Source: Eledone cirrhosa
Taxonomy: Eukaryota
DNA: 64,000 nucleotides
Reading direction: 5' to 3'
Assembly (NCBI GenBank): GCA_964016885.1
Contig: OZ024742.1
Location: 308,512,001-308,576,000, forward strand
Made by a program: the position numbers and the translations under genes. Shown one piece after another: positions 58,124-64,000 of this stretch; position 1 is the stretch's first letter, and every line of letters starts with the position of its first letter. Below the pieces are notes generated by a model. That model was not told where the DNA came from and did not search any database. It saw only the letters and a list, made by a program, of their open reading frames with translations.

Positions 58124-58689
58124 TCAATGGTAGTCCGCATTGATATCCATTTATTTGGAGACTTGAAACCGCGCAATAAGGGTAAATATAGTAAGTACAG
58201 TGAACTTTTTAAAATTTATTTTAAAACTTTTTCTCTATTTGCTAAACCTTGATTATATATGTTCTGGCTCGTTAATTTATTAAGCTGCCATAGAACCACA
58301 TTGGCATACGGTTGGATGATACATGATACATTTCTGCACGTAGGAAAACATACTTTATTAATATTAATCTCCCCTAAGGTCGAGATAACATTTTGGTCGT
58401 TTTAACTGCTGCTATTTCTAGTGGCAGGACTTTGACCTTTCCGCCCTTGCATTCTATCTTTACACACGGCACTAGACAAGACTGTTTCTTTATCATACAC
58501 TCTCATCCGGGAATTTTATATTCTCCGAGTGAGAAGAACCCTCTGACGAGAGTCTCCTCCTCAATGGTAGTCCGCATGGATTATCCATTTATTTTGAGAC
58601 TTGAAACCGCGCGGTAAGTGTAAATATAGTAAGTACAGTGAACTTTTTAAAATTTATTTTAAAACTGTTTCTCTATTTGCTAAACCTTG

Positions 58690-58695
<6 letters not shown>
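58124..58695 (+). mobile_element. partial-tandem (pseudo-LTR or retrozyme-like) element with ~135-bp direct repeats
   Basis: 58124-58258 matches 58561-58695; both copies end in TA runs. Confidence 0.8.
58538..58621 (+). ncRNA. type I hammerhead ribozyme with extended stem II
   Basis: ACCCT-CTGACGA(58543)-GAGTCTC...GAGACTT-GAAA(58603)-CCGCGCGGTA-AGTGT. Stem II is 7 bp plus an inner hairpin, stem III region ACCGCGCGGT is self-complementary, and the triplet is GUA. Confidence 0.85.
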
Positions 58696-58770
<75 letters not shown>

Positions 58771-58836
58771 TATATCATATATATTCTGTTTGTGTTTTCC
58801 TTAATTCCTTTTATTGATTAACTAATTATGCAATCT

Positions 58837-58892
58837 GCAACTGATGATGCCGCCATGGTCTTGCGTAACAAGGCCACTGAAATATACATTGT
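58837..58892 (+). ncRNA. degenerate hammerhead motif
   Basis: GCAA-CTGATGA-...TGGTCTTG CGTAA CAAGGCCA..-GAAA-TATACA-TTGT; the triplet ACA is non-canonical. The 3' flank is homologous to 15500-15560. Confidence 0.4.
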
Positions 58893-60317
58893 TTTTGACA
58901 TTAGCAAAACTTTAAAGGTATATCACCAGTCCATCCCCCTATTGTTTTAATCAAATTAATTTATATATATGTATGTATGCATATATGTATGTGTGTATGT
59001 ATGTATGTAAGCATCTATTATGTATATATAAACAGGTCTGTGTTCCGGTTTGGTCATGTTTTAAGGTAATACGAAACATCATTACTTAGAAGGTTCAAAC
59101 CAGAGCATAGTCGTGTTTTTAATCACAGAATAGATGTTTCTATTTCATGTATATATATATATGTATTTGTGAATGTGTGTTTGTGTGTGTGTACACGCGC
59201 GCGTGTGTGGAGATGTAGATAAAATTACACATTATTATATTTAGTTATATAGACAAGCGCATACATATATAAACAGATATAGAAAATAAAGGAGAAGCAA
59301 ACAGACAAGTAATTTCTGGTTTTAGATGTATAGCTATGCAAATGACAACGAACATTTATAGATGTGGCGGCTACATACCTGGCGTAGAATCGCATTTATC
59401 ATATATATACATACATATATGGACAATCGCGCGGAAACACTCACCCATTTATGAATGTATAAAACTGATTAATCTAAATAAAAGACATGTTTTTCATGAG
59501 TGTAATACATGAAACAGTCCAAGACAAACCAAACGAAAGATTAGAGTTTCCGGAGTTTTCTTCCCTAATCTAGGCTAAATGTATGTGGCTTTAATTACAT
59601 CTAAGAATAGTAGTAACGTTAAGATACTAAATAGTAATATAAACTATCATGGCATGATATTAGTTCCTAAGGTTTGTATTTTGGTTCTTAGATAACGTGT
59701 ATATTAAATGTGCATTTCAAGATATAGTATGCGGTTTCCTTGCTGTATCAAGCTGGTTATACCGTAACAGGAGAATGATGAAAATATTTCATGTAAACAT
59801 CAATCTGGAACATACAATATGTTGAAAATATTATTGTAAACTGAAACATATATCGTATTACGAAATAATGTAAATATTATTGTGAACTATATTCTGTAAA
59901 ATAGTGTAAAACGTAAATATTGCTGTAAACTAAAATTGCTATCTAAAGCGCAGCTGTATTATATTATAAAATGCAATGTTACATATTGCAATCTATATGA
60001 TAATGAAGAATGTAAATATTGACGTGTACTATAGACTATATAATGCTATATAATATAAATACGATCTTTAACTGTACCATATGCTATAATATGAACTATA
60101 AAATGCTGTTCAAAAATATAGCCAACATCATATTGTTTAACACAATAAATGGAGTTGTAAATTTAAACATACCTTATTATGGTATATTAAAAATGTAAAC
60201 TACGGTCTTTTAATATATAGTACCAGCTTATTATTTATTTACAATTTACTCCTTATTTAAGAGTAAAGTGAAAAAAAGGTTTGATAGTTTCACTTATTAC
60301 TCTATAATGTCATAATT

Positions 60318-60985
60318 TGTGGATTAGCAGTATCGGTAGAGGATCGGACGCTATGCTTTACAGCATAGAGTCACGTCCCTTTACGGCCTGAATTCAAATC
60401 CCGTCGAGGTTAACTATGCCTTTCATCCTTACAGGGTCGATAAAATAAAGTACCAGTACCGTACTGGGATGATTGCTGGCCGTGTGCCAAAAGTAGATCA
60501 ATTATTAGTTTACATCAGACATATAATAAGAAAATGTATTTAAACAGTTACATTTTTATAAATATTTAGTAATTATTTCAAGATATTCTAAAATTAACCA
60601 AGACCAGTCATTGGTCTCTAACATTGACACAAGACCAAAAATTTGGGGGTAGGGGAAGAGGAAAATCAATTATACCGACCCTAGTAATTTACTGGTATTT
60701 ATTTTATCCGCTCTGAAAGGATGAAAGGCTAAGTTAACTTCGGCAGTATTTGAATTCAGAGGGCAGAGAACTGAAACAATACCGAAAGGTATTCTATCCG
60801 ACGGTCTAACGACTCTGCTCTATTGCCGCCTTTTGAAAAAATAGAATAATGGTTTCTGATTTAGCCACGAGGCCAATAATTTCGGGAACGTCGAGTATGT
60901 TAACCCCAGTGCGTTACTGCTACTTTATTTTATCGATCCGTTAGGATGAAAGGCAAAGCTAACCCGGATGGAATTTGAGCTTGAA
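60318..60985. mobile_element. SINE family B cluster: (+) 60318-60505, (-) 60610-60830, (-) 60850-60985
   Basis: Family motifs. Confidence 0.8.
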
Positions 60986-62464
60986 ACACATACAATAATA
61001 ACATCGCAATATATCAATTGGATATGACGTCATGCATGAGGCAATATACTGATTGAATATACTGTCATATATGCCGCTATAGGTACACTAATATATTTGT
61101 AATAATATATAATACAAATGTAGCATAGTGTAATTAAATTGAGTCTCGTGATGGAGAAGCAAAATATGAAACCATTCGGCTTTCCCTGAGAAATTACGCC
61201 ACTCAGAGAATAATGGATGCCCCCCCCCCCCCCAAAAAAAGTTAAAACCCTTACAGATATTGTTATACTCAACTATAAGTGATTTTACGGCAGGGTGAAT
61301 TAGAAGCTATTTAATACCAACATCCGTAAATATTTAAGCTGATCTTGTTTCAACATACATGAATGAAAACACCGTAATTTTGGATAAAATTTTGAAATAT
61401 GTGCGTACTTCTAACTATGGCAAGTATTGCAATAGAAGAATCGTCGACTTTTGTAAAAAAAGAATTTGTTTTGAGATGATAAATTAGACTGGAAGCTGAT
61501 AGTTGATGTATTTGTTTAACTGAATTGACATACCGACGTCTATGTATATCATGATTGTCATTTTCCATTATATTTTAATATATATAACAACTTTAATGGT
61601 ATCTGAGACTGGTAAAGGAGTCAAGGAAGTTGAACTTAATTGGCAGACTTGGCAACAAGGCAACAGATTAAGTTTAGCACCCACGACCAAAAAATGTTAT
61701 ACAGTCCAGTATAAACATGTCATAAATATTCAGCGACCACTATCCATTGCATGATAACATTCTGATTGTAATCCATTATAAAATGATAGCGATTCTCCAT
61801 CTTCATCATTATTGTCGTTTTAACGCCCGCTTCCCTGCTAGGACTCATCGGAGGAAAAATGTATAAAAAGCATGACGATCACCCAATGATTGTTGTTATG
61901 TATTTTATAGCAGCATACAACTTGTTTAAGGATTCAGAAAAGCGAATGAAAAAAAAAAAGATCTTTACATCCGACAATAAGATCACTGTAAAAGCAATAC
62001 TTTCATTGGGTTCGAATTGCTACGTTGAACACTTCTCATTGGCAGTTGTTGTGCAAAGATCAATAGTAAACATATTTTCCCTAAGATATACTCTGTGGAA
62101 AATATGTTTGATCAGTACTAACATACATAAATGATATATATATATATATAAACAAAATTAGTTTCGCTCTAACATAGCGGATGCGTAAATACTTTCGTGA
62201 GTTTATATCGAATAAAAATAATATTCGATTCGTTTCCAAGCAAACAGCCCCATTACACTATGTACTTTAGACGACCATCGTCCTCTTTTTGTTCAAGTGA
62301 TGACAAAGAGAAAGTATCATAATTTTTTTCTCTCTGCCACAGCTAGAACAAAAGGATGTTGATGGTTGTCTGAAATACATACATAATGTGGCTGTTTGCT
62401 TGCAAATTAATGGAATATTATTATTATTTGATAATAAAGAAACCATTATTTGATATAAAACTCA

Positions 62465-62513
<49 letters not shown>

Positions 62514-62553
62514 CCATACATAATTAGGAAGTGAACAACACAAAATATAACTA

Positions 62554-62623
62554 CTCCATTACCAAAGGTTTCTGTATCACAGACGATAATAATATAGACG
62601 TCTGGATCGGTCGTCTGATAGAG
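62554..62623 (-). ncRNA. degenerate type I hammerhead (U4 changed to A), similar in layout to the 47236 motif
   Basis: Minus strand reads CTCTAT-CAGACGA-..CAGACG..CGTCTG..-GAAA-CC TTT GGTA-ATGGAG. Confidence 0.6.
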
Positions 62624-63085
62624 ATGTTATAGATAAAAGATATGAAATGAAATTTAAAATCTGTTAAAAATTGGAAGGGAGGCTGGAAAAATAAGGGGAT
62701 AAAAAAAAAATTTAAATATATAGCAATATAGAAAAAGACATTCAGATAAAAGGAAAATCTATGTATATATATCTATATGTATACATACATGCAAACACAC
62801 ACATATATATATATACACACAAACATACATGTTCACGTGCATACACATATACATTTGCATATTTATAGATACACACACACATATAAAAACATATACAGAC
62901 ATATACAAATACATTTAAACACTCACGTATATCACATACACACACATATATATATATATATAATATCATTGATATTATACTCCAGAAAATCTTGTAGAGT
63001 GCTTTGAATCTGTTATAAATAACTTTGTTGAATAACCAACAAATTAAATATCCCTTTGCTTATATATATATTTGTTTTTTTTTAA

Positions 63086-63208
63086 TAATTGTTTCTACTT
63101 TAGGCACAAGGCCAGCAATTATCAGTGCATTACTGGTACTTTATTTTATCGACCCCGTAAGGATGAAAGGCAAAGTCAACCTCGGCGGGATTTGAACTCA
63201 GATCGTAA
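63086..63208 (-). mobile_element. SINE family B, truncated
   Basis: Family motifs. Confidence 0.88.
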
Positions 63209-63624
63209 AGTTTGATCATTGTTTGTTTTTAATAATAAATGTGGTAGATGGTTCCGAAGAGAAAGCAAAGGAAAAAACAAGTGCTCTAATGTATAGAAGA
63301 GACCATTAAAAATATAATAAATATATATAAATATATAAATATATTTTGTTGTTGGAAGAATGTGATGAAGGCAAAGGAAAAACGAGTGCTCTATGTATAG
63401 AACAGAGCTGTAAAAAATATTTTGTTGTTGAAAGTATGTGATAAAGGCCCAAGGTGGCAAAATAAGAGAGAATGTTCACGTAAAGATGAAGTCAAGAAGT
63501 GAATAATATGTAAAATAAGCGTGAAATAAAGGAAAATATAATAAGAGGGATTGTAAAATATAATAAGAGGGAAAATATAATAAGGGAAAAAGGAAGAAAT
63601 GAATAAAATAGGTGTAAGTATAAG

Positions 63625-63867
63625 TGTCATGCCCACATAACGTTCTCCGGTGGAAGGTTGGTTGGTATGAGTTGGTCTTATAATTGCCTCATATACAACG
63701 GATTTGACGTTGTATTTGCCTTGCAAAGGATATTCACCTGCGTTTCTGCATGAACATCCTGGGGTTCCTCTGTCAGTTTCTACGGTGGTAATTTTCGATT
63801 TTATGGAAGGACTGCAAGAATAGCTGATCTTTGCACAGTTTCTGTTTAAAATGTTGTTACGTTTATG
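63625..63867 (-). pseudogene. Penelope-like element ORF fragment: post-RT linker and start of the GIY-YIG endonuclease
   Basis: Open frame NILNRNCAKISYSCSPSIKSKI..CSCRNAGEYPLQGKYNVKSVVYEAII..ERYVGMT. It matches the PLE pattern FNRN.VK.SYSC / CNCR...CPL.G.C....VVY...YIG.T. Confidence 0.8.
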
Positions 63868-64000
63868 TTATTGATTTATATGAAATGGATTACTCTATTA
63901 AAAACACCCCAACACCCTCTAATGCTTCTTATACCAAAGTGTTAAATGAGGAAGTCGAGAATGTAGTACAAAGAATGAGATGTAATGCAATGGTTTTTGA

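Overview
AT-rich eukaryotic intergenic or intronic DNA, most likely from an octopus (inferred from the tRNA-derived SINE families and the very high TA/TG/CATA microsatellite load). I find no intact protein-coding gene, and almost all listed ORFs are translations of microsatellites. The window holds about 30 SINE copies or fragments from two main families, two RTE-type LINE fragments that both carry 5' inversions, and three tandem 3' fragments of an R4/Dong-like RLE retrotransposon inside (CATA)n. It also has a Penelope-like element (PLE) fragment with a GIY-YIG start, a hAT-like MITE, a Helitron-like element and a 30/31-bp minisatellite. The main hidden signal is a dense set of type I hammerhead ribozyme motifs (CUGANGA - stem II - GAAA - short stem III - NUH - stem I): about 13 complete or degenerate motifs from several unrelated sequence families. 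Many sit in small inverted or tandem cassettes next to (TA)n. One lies on the same strand downstream of the PLE endonuclease fragment. All pairings were checked by eye only; no folding or database search was run.
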